NCBI GenBank assembly: GCA_028716565.1
Contig: JAQUPL010000001.1
Coordinates: 83,545-147,544 of the forward strand
Length of the DNA stretch: 64,000 nt
Reading direction: 5' to 3'
Source of the DNA: Candidatus Omnitrophota bacterium
GTDB lineage: Bacteria > Omnitrophota > Gorgyraeia > Pluralincolimonadales > Pluralincolimonadaceae
Each line of letters opens with the position of its first letter. The stretch's first letter is position 1. Below are positions 52,119-61,734 of this stretch, piece by piece. Position numbers and translations under genes: made by a program. The notes beneath the pieces are model-generated. The model was not told the DNA's origin and made no database searches. It was given only the letters and a program-made list of their open reading frames with translations.

Positions 52119-53123
52119 ATGGAAGTGCGCCAGGAGTCACAGACATCAAGAAAAAGGGGGCATAGGGCCTTTATTATCGCGGCCGCAATATTGGTCGCGG
52201 CCGCCGCGGTCTCGGTCTATTTCGGCGCGGCAAAGGTCGGTTTCCTCTCCGCGCTTACCGATATGGACAAGCGCATACTTGGCCTCAGGGCCGGAAGGAT
52301 ATTGCTCGCGTTGACCGTCGGCGGCGGGCTCTCGGTGGCAGGCGTGATATTGCAGGGGCTTATGCGCAATCCTTTATGCGAGCCGTATGTCCTCGGCATC
52401 TCGAGCGGCGCGGCGCTTGGCGCGGTAATCTCGACTATCTTATTGGGCATGCAGCATTTCCTGGGCTTAAGCGCCCTTCCTGTCTGGGCTTTCATGGGAG
52501 CGGTTGCCGCGTTCTTTATTGTATACAGGATATCAGAGGTCAACGGGAGGATACCGGTACAGAACCTCTTGTTGACCGGCGTCATAGTCGGAGCCGTGTT
52601 TTCGTCTGTCGTGATCTTCCTCGTATCGTTCTCGGAGAAGGAGTACCTGCACAGCGTAATATGGTGGCTGCTCGGCAATCTCCAGATATTCGATATGAAC
52701 CTGCTTTTGTCGGTGATGATAATAGTTATCACGGCGGTCATCCTCGCGGCGCTTAATTCGAGGGAGCTTAACGCCATTTCGCTCGGGGAAGAGGAAGCTG
52801 CGCACCTCGGGGTCGATATCGAGAAGACGAAAAAACGATTGTTCATCATAGCGTCGGTCATAACCGGCGCCGCGGTATCCGCGGCAGGCATGATAGGTTT
52901 CGTCGGGCTGATAGTGCCCCATTTTGTCAGGTTAGTGATAGGCGCCAATCACAGGGCTGTCATACCCGTATCGTTCGTCGCCGGAGGCGCGTTCCTTATC
53001 TTCTGCGATCTTATCGCCAGGATGGTGATGCTCCCGGCCGAGGTGCCGGTAGGAGTAATAACGGCTTTATGCGGCGGGCCGTTCTTTTTGTACTTATTGA
53101 GGAAGAGGTCGAGGGCCAGATGA
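52119..53123 (+). CDS. btuC: FecCD-family ABC permease (BtuC-like)
   Basis: 334 aa, about 9-10 TM helices. GLIVPHFVRL motif. Confidence 0.8.
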   Translation: MEVRQESQTSRKRGHRAFIIAAAILVAAAAVSVYFGAAKVGFLSALTDMDKRILGLRAGRILLALTVGGGLSVAGVILQGLMRNPLCEPYVLGISSGAALGAVISTILLGMQHFLGLSALPVWAFMGAVAAFFIVYRISEVNGRIPVQNLLLTGVIVGAVFSSVVIFLVSFSEKEYLHSVIWWLLGNLQIFDMNLLLSVMIIVITAVILAALNSRELNAISLGEEEAAHLGVDIEKTKKRLFIIASVITGAAVSAAGMIGFVGLIVPHFVRLVIGANHRAVIPVSFVAGGAFLIFCDLIARMVMLPAEVPVGVITALCGGPFFLYLLRKRSRAR

Positions 53124-53917
53124 CGATTCTTAAGGCCGAGTCGGTGACAGGCGGTTATGGCAGAGAGCCGGTTATAAAAGATATTTCCTTCTCAACCACA
53201 AGCGGCAGTTTCATCGGCATTATCGGCCCGAACGGCGCTGGGAAGACGACATTTTTGAGGATGTTAAGCCGCGTCCTGCATCCGGCAGCCGGCACGATAA
53301 CCATCGACGGGAAAGACATATACAGGATGCCGATGAAGGAATTCGCGGCGTCTGTGGCGTTCGTCTCCTCAGAATCCGGCGTAATATTCCCGTTTACGTG
53401 CCTTGAAATAGTGATGATGGGCAGGTTCCCGTATCTCCATCCGCTAAAGGGCGAATCGGATAAAGACCTTGAGGCGGTCCGGCGCGCGATAGAGATGACC
53501 GACTGCTCCGGGCTCATATCCCGCCAGATAGACCAGATCAGCGCAGGAGAGAGGCAGAGGATATTCATCGCCAGGGCTCTTGCCCAGGAACCGCGCATGA
53601 TATTTCTCGATGAGCCGACATCGCATCTCGACATATCGCACCAGGTCCAGATACTCGACCTGATAAAGGACTTGAGCGAGCGCGGGGGTATCACCATCGT
53701 CGCGGTCTTCCACGACCTCAACCTGGCGTCGGAATATTGCGACACGCTGATGCTTATGGACGGCGGACGCGTCGCCGCGATCGGCGAGCCGAAAGAAGTC
53801 ATCAGTTATGAATTGATAGAGAAAGTATACAAGACAGTTGTTGTAGTTAGAGATAATCCCGTCAGCGGCAAGCCGTATGTCCTGCTCGCGCCGAGGATTA
53901 AAAGAAAGGGGGCCTGA
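53120..53917 (+). CDS. btuD: ABC transporter ATP-binding protein (BtuD/FecE-like)
   Basis: GPNGAGKTT Walker A, LSAGERQR signature, IFLDEPTSHLD Walker B. ATG overlaps the btuC stop (ATGA). Confidence 0.82.
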   Translation: MTILKAESVTGGYGREPVIKDISFSTTSGSFIGIIGPNGAGKTTFLRMLSRVLHPAAGTITIDGKDIYRMPMKEFAASVAFVSSESGVIFPFTCLEIVMMGRFPYLHPLKGESDKDLEAVRRAIEMTDCSGLISRQIDQISAGERQRIFIARALAQEPRMIFLDEPTSHLDISHQVQILDLIKDLSERGGITIVAVFHDLNLASEYCDTLMLMDGGRVAAIGEPKEVISYELIEKVYKTVVVVRDNPVSGKPYVLLAPRIKRKGA

Positions 53918-53949
53918 TCCAAGTATTGCATTGGGATTTATCGCACGCA

Positions 53950-54130
53950 GGCGCTTTGACTTAATAGGGAAGCCGAAAAAGGCGCGGTGCCTGCCGCTGT
54001 AGTCACGCCCTTTTCGTAAAAGAAAAGGAGATCCTTTTGGCAGTTTATTCCACTGTTCCGAGGCTTCGGAATGGGAAGGGGGCCAAAAGGGCGGGATAGC
54101 CAGAAGACCTACCGGCGTGCGCTGTCAAGT
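53950..54130 (+). promoter_or_regulatory. second cobalamin riboswitch (variant B12 box GCCGCTG), leader of btuB-tonB
   Basis: TTAATAGGGAAGCCG...GGTGCC...TGCCGCTGTAG has the same GGGAA-to-B12-box spacing as riboswitch 1. Downstream GGGAAGGGGGCC. Sits upstream of a TonB-dependent receptor. Confidence 0.6.
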
Positions 54131-54182
54131 TCTTAGACTACCTCAGGGAGTTGAACGAGGTATTATTTAAAAGGAGTTTAAG

Positions 54183-56009
54183 ATGGTGTATTTTTCAAGG
54201 ATTATTTTGGTCGTATTGTCCACGTTTATGTTGATCCCGTCAGCCCGCTGCGAGGAAACAGCGAACGTCGAACTTGAAAAGATAGTGGTCACGCCGCTCG
54301 GCACAGAGCAGAGTTACGGCACGGTTTCCCGGAGCATGGATATCATAGATAAACACGACCTTTCAACGGTCCGTTATGAGAACGTCTCAGAGCCGGTCGG
54401 CAGGCTCACTTCGTCCCAATCCATAGATTACGGGTCGGAAGGCGCCCTCAAAACGATAAGGCTGCGCGGTTCCAGCGCCGAACAGGTGCTGATCATGATA
54501 GATTCCAGGCCGATCACCGACTCGAGGACAGGCCAGGCCGAACTCCACGCTATCCCGATCGATTCGGTCGAGAAGATAGAGGTCATTAAGGGGCCGGCCT
54601 CCGCGGTATACGGCTCGAGCGCGATAGGAGGCGTGGTCAATATAATAACAAAAAAGCCCTCTAAAAAGCCCAAAACCGTCATAGAATCGAGTTTCGGCAA
54701 TAACCAGACCCTCCATGATTCGCTCTCGACATCCGCGACGATAAATGATTTCGGCTATTATTTTAATTATTCATACGATTCGACGCACGGCAGCAGGGAC
54801 AATTCGGAATACCGCTCGCATAACTGGACGGCAAGGCTCGATTATAAGGCCGGGGAGGATAACAGGATATTTTTCAATACCGGTTATTTCCAGGATAAGG
54901 GCGGGGCGCCTGGTTCAATCTTCTTTCCGACGCTTGACAATTTCCAGCTCAATTACAAGAATTATTACGACCTAGGCTGGACGGCGAAATTATTCGAGGA
55001 GAGCGAGATAAGCCTTAGGGCCTACCAGAACAACGACAAACTCGTCTTCATAAATTCCACAAACCCGTTCTCCAGCGACGCCGCCAGCGCCCGCACGAGG
55101 GGCATGCTTGTCCAATATTCGCAGAAATTCTTCGATTGTTACAAGGTGATCGCGGGTTTCGACGGGAAGATGAACCGGGTGGACGCTACTCTCGTCGGGA
55201 AACACAAGAACATCGTCCGTTCGCCGTTCGTGCAGAACGAGTTCTCTATCGGGAAGGATCTCGAGGTGAATTTCGGTTTCAGGGATGACGATTATTCGAA
55301 TTTCAAGGGGACGGTCTCGCCCAGCGCCGGCGCCGCGTATAAAATAGGCGAATACTCGAAGCTTAGGGTCAATTACGCGAAAGGGTTCCGCGCGCCGACT
55401 TTCAACGACCTCTATTGGCCGTTCGACGGGTTCACTCAGGGGAACCCCAACCTCAGGCCCGAGAAATCCTGGTCGTGGGAAGGGGGATTCGACCTCGGCT
55501 ATAAGAGCGGCCTCCAATTGAGCGCGACATATTTCACCAATAAGTTGAAAGACCTGATAGACTGGGCGCCGGGCGACGATTTTGTCTGGAGGCCTTCCAA
55601 TATCTCCTCGGCGAAGATAGATGGGGTCGAATTTAAGACCGTGGTACCTTTAACCAAGAGCCTGAAATTCGACTTCGGTTACAGTTACCTGAACGCGATG
55701 GACGTTGACCTCGACAGGTACCTTATATACAGGGCGAAGAACAAATTCGACATGGGCCTGATTCTGGAATACGACAAATGGGACGTGAGGTTTTACGGCG
55801 AGTCGCTCGGCAGGAGATATACCGATACCGCGAACACCGCTTTCCTGAAGAAGAATTTCGTCGCATACCTCGATGCCTCCTACAAGATAAACAATAATTT
55901 GACTACTTTCGTTTCTATTGATAATATATTCAACAGGAGTTACCAGTTGGCGCTTGGTTACCCGATGCCGGGTTTCGCGATAAACGGGGGTATAAGGGGT
56001 GAATTTTGA
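54183..56009 (+). CDS. btuB: TonB-dependent outer-membrane receptor (cobalamin-type, BtuB-like)
   Basis: Signal peptide, TonB box-like VVTPLG, plug domain (IEVIKGPASAVYGSSAIGGVVNIITK), beta-barrel, C-terminal aromatic residue (F). Confidence 0.8.
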   Translation: MVYFSRIILVVLSTFMLIPSARCEETANVELEKIVVTPLGTEQSYGTVSRSMDIIDKHDLSTVRYENVSEPVGRLTSSQSIDYGSEGALKTIRLRGSSAEQVLIMIDSRPITDSRTGQAELHAIPIDSVEKIEVIKGPASAVYGSSAIGGVVNIITKKPSKKPKTVIESSFGNNQTLHDSLSTSATINDFGYYFNYSYDSTHGSRDNSEYRSHNWTARLDYKAGEDNRIFFNTGYFQDKGGAPGSIFFPTLDNFQLNYKNYYDLGWTAKLFEESEISLRAYQNNDKLVFINSTNPFSSDAASARTRGMLVQYSQKFFDCYKVIAGFDGKMNRVDATLVGKHKNIVRSPFVQNEFSIGKDLEVNFGFRDDDYSNFKGTVSPSAGAAYKIGEYSKLRVNYAKGFRAPTFNDLYWPFDGFTQGNPNLRPEKSWSWEGGFDLGYKSGLQLSATYFTNKLKDLIDWAPGDDFVWRPSNISSAKIDGVEFKTVVPLTKSLKFDFGYSYLNAMDVDLDRYLIYRAKNKFDMGLILEYDKWDVRFYGESLGRRYTDTANTAFLKKNFVAYLDASYKINNNLTTFVSIDNIFNRSYQLALGYPMPGFAINGGIRGEF

Positions 56010-56730
56010 TTACGCGGCGGAGAAGGACAACAAACTTTTAATAGCGCTGATATTCTCCGTCGTCATCCACATATTGTTATTGAGTAATTGGCCCTTCTAC
56101 CGGAATTTCTTTACGGATAGGATGCGTTCCGGCGACGTCGAGGTGACATATGTTAAATCCAGGGAACAGCCGCCGGCCAAGCAACAGGAAGCGCCGTCAA
56201 GGAGGTCAGAGTCCCTGCCCGAGGTGTCGCCGCCGCAAAAACTAGTTTCCGCGGAGCTCCCGAAAGCGGCCCCGGAAGCGAAGAAGAGCGAAGCCAAGGT
56301 ATTAAAAGGAGAACTTCCTGCCGCGCCCCCGAAAAAAAGCCCGGGGGCAGAGCAGTCCTCCAGGATCGTCATAAAACAACCGCTCGTGCCGAAGATCGAG
56401 ACGACCACTTCTGTCGACGCTTCTGTTGAGGCGCGCGGGCTTAGCTTTATACCGCCTTCTTACTCGCAGGTCGTCAGGGACAGGATAATAGATAATATCG
56501 ATACCAGGAAGACGGGAGGGGAGGGCGACGTATATGTGCGTTTTGTCATCACTTCTTCCGGAATGTTAAAAGAGATCGGCATAATCGATGAAAAATCCAG
56601 CGACGACGGGATCCTGAGAGCGGCCGCTTTCCAGGCGGTCAAGGATTCCTCGCCTTTTCCCGTTTTCCCGGAAAAGGTCCGGCTCTCGGAGGTGGTTTTC
56701 ACCTGCCAGATAAGTTTTGCCCGCAAGTAA
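55999..56730 (+). CDS. tonB: energy transducer TonB
   Basis: GTG start overlapping the btuB stop. N-terminal TM LLIALIFSVVIHILLLS, Pro/Ala/Lys-rich spacer, C-terminal TonB domain (YVRFVITSSGMLKEIGIID). Confidence 0.7.
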   Translation: MNFDYAAEKDNKLLIALIFSVVIHILLLSNWPFYRNFFTDRMRSGDVEVTYVKSREQPPAKQQEAPSRRSESLPEVSPPQKLVSAELPKAAPEAKKSEAKVLKGELPAAPPKKSPGAEQSSRIVIKQPLVPKIETTTSVDASVEARGLSFIPPSYSQVVRDRIIDNIDTRKTGGEGDVYVRFVITSSGMLKEIGIIDEKSSDDGILRAAAFQAVKDSSPFPVFPEKVRLSEVVFTCQISFARK

Positions 56731-56741
56731 CCCAATTTTTC

Positions 56742-56770
56742 TTGACAACATTATAACCGTCTGTTATATT
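56742..56770 (+). promoter_or_regulatory. sigma70 promoter (TTGACA, 17 nt spacer, TATATT) upstream of rpsU
   Basis: Consensus -35 at 56742-56747 and -10 at 56765-56770. Confidence 0.5.
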
Positions 56771-56808
56771 GGAACTAACGAAAATCCACAAGAAAGGGAT
56801 GATAACTA

Positions 56809-56997
56809 ATGCCTATGGTAGAAGTCGGCCAAAATGAGCCTTTGGAAAAGGCCCTGAGGCGGCTTAAAAAGAAGATCGAAAGAGAAGGGATCTTAAAAGC
56901 TATAAGGGCGCGCAAACATTACGAGAAGCCAAGCGTCAAGAAGAAGAGAAAGCAGATGGAGGCGCTCAAGAATAAGAGAAAGAGATTCAGTTTTTAG
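56809..56997 (+). CDS. rpsU: 30S ribosomal protein S21
   Basis: 62 aa, MPMVEVGQNEPLEKALRRLKKKIEREGILKAIRARKHYEKPS. Confidence 0.9.
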   Translation: MPMVEVGQNEPLEKALRRLKKKIEREGILKAIRARKHYEKPSVKKKRKQMEALKNKRKRFSF

Positions 56998-57019
56998 GCT
57001 CTTTTAAGAGCGTGACATC

Positions 57020-59680
57020 ATGAGAATTTTATATCTTTTCATACTGCTGTGTCTTATAGCCACAGCAGTTTTTATATTCCACCCGGGCGTCACTCCTCGG
57101 TACCAATACGAAGACTCGGTCCATAGTCATACCCTTGATAATGGGTTGACTGTCATAACCAAGAGCGCCCATAAGGTCCCTCTCGCCGCGGTCCGTCTTA
57201 TCATAAAAGCCGGCTCGGCGACCGAAGGCAAATTTTCCGGGAGCGGAATATCCCATTTCGTCGAGCATATGCTCTTCAAGGGGACCGCCGGCCTGCCGGT
57301 CGGCGAGATAGAAAGACGCATAAAATCCTACGGCGGATATATAAACGCCCAGACCTCCCACGATACCACCGAAGTCCACCTCATCGTCAAGAGCGAATAC
57401 CTGGATAAAGCGCTTTCGCTCCTGTCTGATTTCGTATTCAACGCTTCTTTCGACGAATCGGAGTTCGTAAAGGAGAAGGACGTGATCCTGAACGAGATAA
57501 GGATGGGCCGTGATGAACCGTCAAGAAGGGCCTCATACCTGTTATGGGAGTCCGCTTATCTCGTCCATCCATACAGGTATCCGGTCATCGGCTATGAGGA
57601 CCTCTTAAGGCAGATAAGCAGGCAAGGCCTCGTTGAGTACCACGCGTCGAAATATACCCCGGACAATTGCGTCCTTTCCGTCGTCGGAGATATAGATGAA
57701 GCCGCCGCCCTCCGGGCGTGCGAAAATACTTTAGGTAGACTTCCGCGCAGGGCCGGCGTCGTACCGCTAAAGCCGGCCGAGCCCCTGCAGATGTCGGTCA
57801 GGAGGGCCGATGCGCAGGTAGAAGGGCTTAAGCTCTCCTACCTCCTGATAGCTTTTCACACCACAAGCCTCGCTGATAAAGACTTATATCCCATGGACCT
57901 TTTGGCCGCCGCTCTGGGGCAGGGGGAAAGCTCAAGGTTATATAACATTCTTGTCAAAGAGAAGAAACTGGCATACGCGGTGTCGTCGTCTAATTATACG
58001 CCTTTCGACCCGGGGCTGTTCGTAGTTTCCATGAGGCTTGAGGAGGGAAATATAGACGCCGCTTTGAAAGAGGTGCGCGCCGAAATAAAAAGGATAAAGG
58101 CTCATTCCCTGCGCGGCAGGGAACTGGAAAAGGTCAAAAGGTCGGTCCTGGCCGATTATATATACGGCAAGGAATCCATCGGGGCGCAAGCGAATGATTA
58201 CGCCTCGGGTTACGCCTCTACCGGGGACTATAATTTTTCACGGAAATATATAGACGGCCTGGGCGCAGTGAAGCCGGCCGGGATCTCGAAGGCGGCGGCG
58301 AAATATTTGAATGATGAGAATATGACTGTTGTCACTCTCGTCCCGAAGAAGGGCGCGCCTGTCTTGGAACCGGCGGCGGGGACGCCGAAGAAAGAATTCG
58401 ATGTCCGTAAAGTCGTGCTGCAAAACGGCGCGGTCGTGCTTTTTGACGTCGACCGTTCACTTCCTGTCGTTTCGATGAGCGTCGTTTTTAAGGGCGGCGT
58501 GAGGGCCGAAGACGAGAAGACGAACGGGATATCGCGCCTATTCTCCGACGTCCTGGTGAAAGGCACGTCGTCGCGTTCGGCCGAATGGCTCTCCGAGACG
58601 ACCGAGTCGCGCGGAATTCTGTTCGGGGGTTTCAGCGGCAAGAATTCATTCGGCATATCGTTGAAATGCCTTAAAGAAGATTTCGGCCTTTCCCTTGGTA
58701 TCGTCTCGGATATCCTGAAGAACGCGGCTTTCCCGGAAAAAGAGCTGAAGATATCGAAAGAGCAGCAACTCGCCGCTATAAGGTCGCGGGAGGACGATAT
58801 CTTCGCCGTGGCCTCAAAGGAATTGATCAAGACGATATTCATATCCCATCCCTACGGGATGCCTGACTTGGGTGAAAAGGGACCGGTCTCGGCCCTGACC
58901 AGGGCAGACCTCATGGATTATTACAAACGTTATGTCGTTCCCGGGAACATGGTCGTTTCCGTATTCGGGGACATAGACGCGGCTACGCAGAAGAGGGTAG
59001 AAGAGGCATTTGGAAGCCTTAAAAAAACCGCCTTTAAGGATATAGTGACGATAAACGAGCAGGAACAGTTGGCGCCGCGCAAGGACGTAAAAGAGATGAA
59101 TAAAGAGCAGGCGGTCCTCATGCTCGGCTACCCCGGCGTTGACGTCAAGAACCCGGACAGGTATGCCCTGGACGTGATAAATTCGATACTCAGCCGCGAA
59201 GGCGGAAGGCTTTATAGGGACATAAGGGAGAAGCTCGGACTCTCGTATACACTGGGTTCTTTCTCCGTATTCGGGCTCGATCCGGGTTACAACGCGTTTT
59301 ATGTGGCGACCACCCCTAAAAATATCCCGGACGCCAGAAACATAATATTAGGCCATATCAGGTCCCTGAAGGCCGAGGGGCCGACCCAGGAGGAGATGGA
59401 GCTCGCGAAGAGCGACCTCCTTGGCGGGTATTTCCGGGGGATCGAGGTCAATTCCGACGTCGCCTTTAAGGCCGCGCTGGATGAGCTTTACGGCATAGGT
59501 TACGACGACATTTTCAAATATCCCGAAATGATAAAAGCGGTGGACGCGCAGGAAGTCATGCAGGTCGCGAAACGGTATTTTATCGATTCCAGGCTCAATG
59601 AAGTGATGATCCTGCCCGCAGCCGGACCGGCGAAAGCAAAAAGCCAGCCGTTAAGCGGGGCCGGAGGTAAGATAAGATGA
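57020..59680 (+). CDS. M16-family zinc peptidase, tandem (two fused M16 units; 886 aa)
   Basis: Inverted zinc motif HFVEHMLFKGT (HxxEH) in unit 1. A second M16-like half from about residue 450. N-terminal signal peptide or anchor. Confidence 0.85.
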   Translation: MRILYLFILLCLIATAVFIFHPGVTPRYQYEDSVHSHTLDNGLTVITKSAHKVPLAAVRLIIKAGSATEGKFSGSGISHFVEHMLFKGTAGLPVGEIERRIKSYGGYINAQTSHDTTEVHLIVKSEYLDKALSLLSDFVFNASFDESEFVKEKDVILNEIRMGRDEPSRRASYLLWESAYLVHPYRYPVIGYEDLLRQISRQGLVEYHASKYTPDNCVLSVVGDIDEAAALRACENTLGRLPRRAGVVPLKPAEPLQMSVRRADAQVEGLKLSYLLIAFHTTSLADKDLYPMDLLAAALGQGESSRLYNILVKEKKLAYAVSSSNYTPFDPGLFVVSMRLEEGNIDAALKEVRAEIKRIKAHSLRGRELEKVKRSVLADYIYGKESIGAQANDYASGYASTGDYNFSRKYIDGLGAVKPAGISKAAAKYLNDENMTVVTLVPKKGAPVLEPAAGTPKKEFDVRKVVLQNGAVVLFDVDRSLPVVSMSVVFKGGVRAEDEKTNGISRLFSDVLVKGTSSRSAEWLSETTESRGILFGGFSGKNSFGISLKCLKEDFGLSLGIVSDILKNAAFPEKELKISKEQQLAAIRSREDDIFAVASKELIKTIFISHPYGMPDLGEKGPVSALTRADLMDYYKRYVVPGNMVVSVFGDIDAATQKRVEEAFGSLKKTAFKDIVTINEQEQLAPRKDVKEMNKEQAVLMLGYPGVDVKNPDRYALDVINSILSREGGRLYRDIREKLGLSYTLGSFSVFGLDPGYNAFYVATTPKNIPDARNIILGHIRSLKAEGPTQEEMELAKSDLLGGYFRGIEVNSDVAFKAALDELYGIGYDDIFKYPEMIKAVDAQEVMQVAKRYFIDSRLNEVMILPAAGPAKAKSQPLSGAGGKIR

Positions 59681-60480
59681 CCAGAAATCCTGCCGTAGCC
59701 GGTCAGTTCTACCCGGGCACAAAGGCGGGCCTCAGCGAAGAGATAGAAAAATACATAATCAGGGACGCCGGAAAGATAAAGGCGATCGGCGTCGTCTCTC
59801 CCCACGCGGGATATATGTATTCGGGAGCGGTTGCCGGGGCGACATTATCCTCTGTGGAATTGGCCGGGACGTGTGTTGTGATGGGCCCTAACCATACCGG
59901 CAGAGGAAGGCCTTTTTCTATAATGACCGAAGGCGTATGGAAGCTGCCTTCCGGGGATTGCGAGATAGATGAAATTCTCGCCAAGGCCATCCTGTCGAAT
60001 TCAAGGCATCTGGAAGAAGATGAGGATGCCCACAGGGACGAGCATTCGGTAGAGGTCCAGATACCGTTTTTGCAGGCCCTTAAAGAGGATGTGAAGATAG
60101 TCCCTCTTGTGCTGGCCGATGCCGGGCTTGAGGTCTACAGGGATATCGGCAGGGCCGTCGCGGTATCGATAAAGAAGAGCGGCCGTCCGGCGACGGTCAT
60201 CGCGAGCTCGGACATGACCCATTACGAGCCGCTCGAGGCCGCAAAAGAGAAAGACGGCAAGGCGATCGAGGCGATCATCGCCCTCGACGAAGAGGCGCTC
60301 GTCGGAGCGATAAGGAGATACCGCATCTCAATGTGCGGTTACGCCCCGGTCTGCGTCATGCTCGTGGCCGCGAAGGAGTTGGGCGCGAAGAAGGCCAAGC
60401 TCATCAAATACCAGACCAGCGGGGAAGCCTCCGGTGATTATGAAGCCGTCGTAGGCTACGGCGGGATAATCGTCTATTAA
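59677..60480 (+). CDS. MEMO1-family protein (AmmeMemoRadiSam system protein B-like)
   Basis: 267 aa. AVAGQFYPG N-terminus, SPHAGYMYSG, MTHYEP motifs. ATG overlaps the M16 stop (ATGA). Confidence 0.8.
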   Translation: MTRNPAVAGQFYPGTKAGLSEEIEKYIIRDAGKIKAIGVVSPHAGYMYSGAVAGATLSSVELAGTCVVMGPNHTGRGRPFSIMTEGVWKLPSGDCEIDEILAKAILSNSRHLEEDEDAHRDEHSVEVQIPFLQALKEDVKIVPLVLADAGLEVYRDIGRAVAVSIKKSGRPATVIASSDMTHYEPLEAAKEKDGKAIEAIIALDEEALVGAIRRYRISMCGYAPVCVMLVAAKELGAKKAKLIKYQTSGEASGDYEAVVGYGGIIVY

Positions 60481-60520
60481 CCGTTGAAGAGCGTTTAAAA
60501 TAGGAGTAATATAGGCCGTT

Positions 60521-60802
60521 ATGGAATCCCAGAACAAGATGGGCAGCGCAGGATCCGGATACGAACCGAGCTTCAGCATATTCCTGACCAGTCTCGGGAT
60601 GCAAGCGATGATATTCCTCGGCGAGATGCCCAACCCGGTCAATAATGAGACCAAGGTAGAGCTCGAGCGGGCGAAATATATGATAGACACCATCGCGATG
60701 ATAAAAGAAAAGACTCAGGGCAACCTCTCCGCCGAGGAGCAGAAACTTATAGACGATATACTCTACGGGTTAAGGCTTAAATACGCGGAGAAGAACAAGT
60801 GA
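60521..60802 (+). CDS. DUF1844-like small conserved protein
   Basis: 93 aa. FSIFLTSLGMQAMIFLGEMPNPVNNETKVELERAKYMIDTIAMIKEKTQGNLSAEEQKLIDDILYGLRLKY pattern. Confidence 0.45.
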   Translation: MESQNKMGSAGSGYEPSFSIFLTSLGMQAMIFLGEMPNPVNNETKVELERAKYMIDTIAMIKEKTQGNLSAEEQKLIDDILYGLRLKYAEKNK

Positions 60803-61734
60803 CGCTGACGGTCCTTATAATAATATTTTCGGCGATCGCTTTGGCGTCTATGGTGATATCCTTATATCTTTTTACGAAACTGCGCCATCTCCCCAAAGAT
60901 ATATCCGCCGGCGTGACCGGCGCGATGCAGGCCACTACCGGCGCGATAGGAGATATGAACAGGAGCCTTGGTGAGATCAAGACGAGAGGAGAACGGCTCG
61001 AGGAGTTCGGTAAGGCGATAAACGAAATAGGCAGCCTGCTCAAGCCGCCGCAGATGCGCGGTATGACCGGCGAGGTGCTCCTGGAGAAGATGCTCTCGGA
61101 CATGCTTCCGTCCGGGAATTACCAGATGAAGTATTCATTCCGGTCCGGAGACCAGGTCGACGCGATCATAAAATTCCGCGAGTTCATCCTTCCAATCGAT
61201 TCGAAGTTCCCGCTGGACAGCTTCAGGCGGATGCTCGAATGCGAATCCGAGGATGATAAGCGCAGGTGTTTCAGGGAATTCGTCCAGGCCGTCAAGAAGC
61301 AGGTGGATAATATAGCGAAAAAATATATTGCGCCGAATGAAAAGACATTCGAGTTCGCGCTCATGTATGTCCCGTCGGAGAGTGTCTATTATGAGGCGAT
61401 AGTGCGGGACAAGCAATTCGGGGAAGAGACGTCGCTTCTCTCGTACGCGACCAAGAACAGGGTATATATAGTCTCGCCGTCAACTCTCTATCCGTATATC
61501 TCGACGATAGTCCACGGCCTGAAGGCGTTCAAGATAGAGGAGAACGCCAAGCAGATCCTCGAGAGGATAGGCTCGCTCAGGAAGGATTTCGAGGATTTTA
61601 AGACGGTATTCGATATAGTAGGCGCGCATTTGAGCGACGCCCATAAGAAGTATATGTCTGACGCGGCGCACAAATTAGCCAAGGTCGAAGCGGACCTCTC
61701 GTCGCTCGAGCTGAGGCATAATGATGAAAAATAA
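60799..61734 (+). CDS. rmuC: DNA recombination protein RmuC
   Basis: 311 aa. N-terminal TM, coiled coil, and C-terminal RmuC domain (DAIIKFREFILPIDSKFPLDSF). Confidence 0.85.
   Translation: MTLTVLIIIFSAIALASMVISLYLFTKLRHLPKDISAGVTGAMQATTGAIGDMNRSLGEIKTRGERLEEFGKAINEIGSLLKPPQMRGMTGEVLLEKMLSDMLPSGNYQMKYSFRSGDQVDAIIKFREFILPIDSKFPLDSFRRMLECESEDDKRRCFREFVQAVKKQVDNIAKKYIAPNEKTFEFALMYVPSESVYYEAIVRDKQFGEETSLLSYATKNRVYIVSPSTLYPYISTIVHGLKAFKIEENAKQILERIGSLRKDFEDFKTVFDIVGAHLSDAHKKYMSDAAHKLAKVEADLSSLELRHNDEK

Noticed and set aside
54045-54056. Second CCACTG in the btuB leader as the B12 box
   Set aside because: Its spacing from the GGGAA element does not match riboswitch 1. The upstream GCCGCTG at 53993-53999 has the same spacing and is the better candidate.
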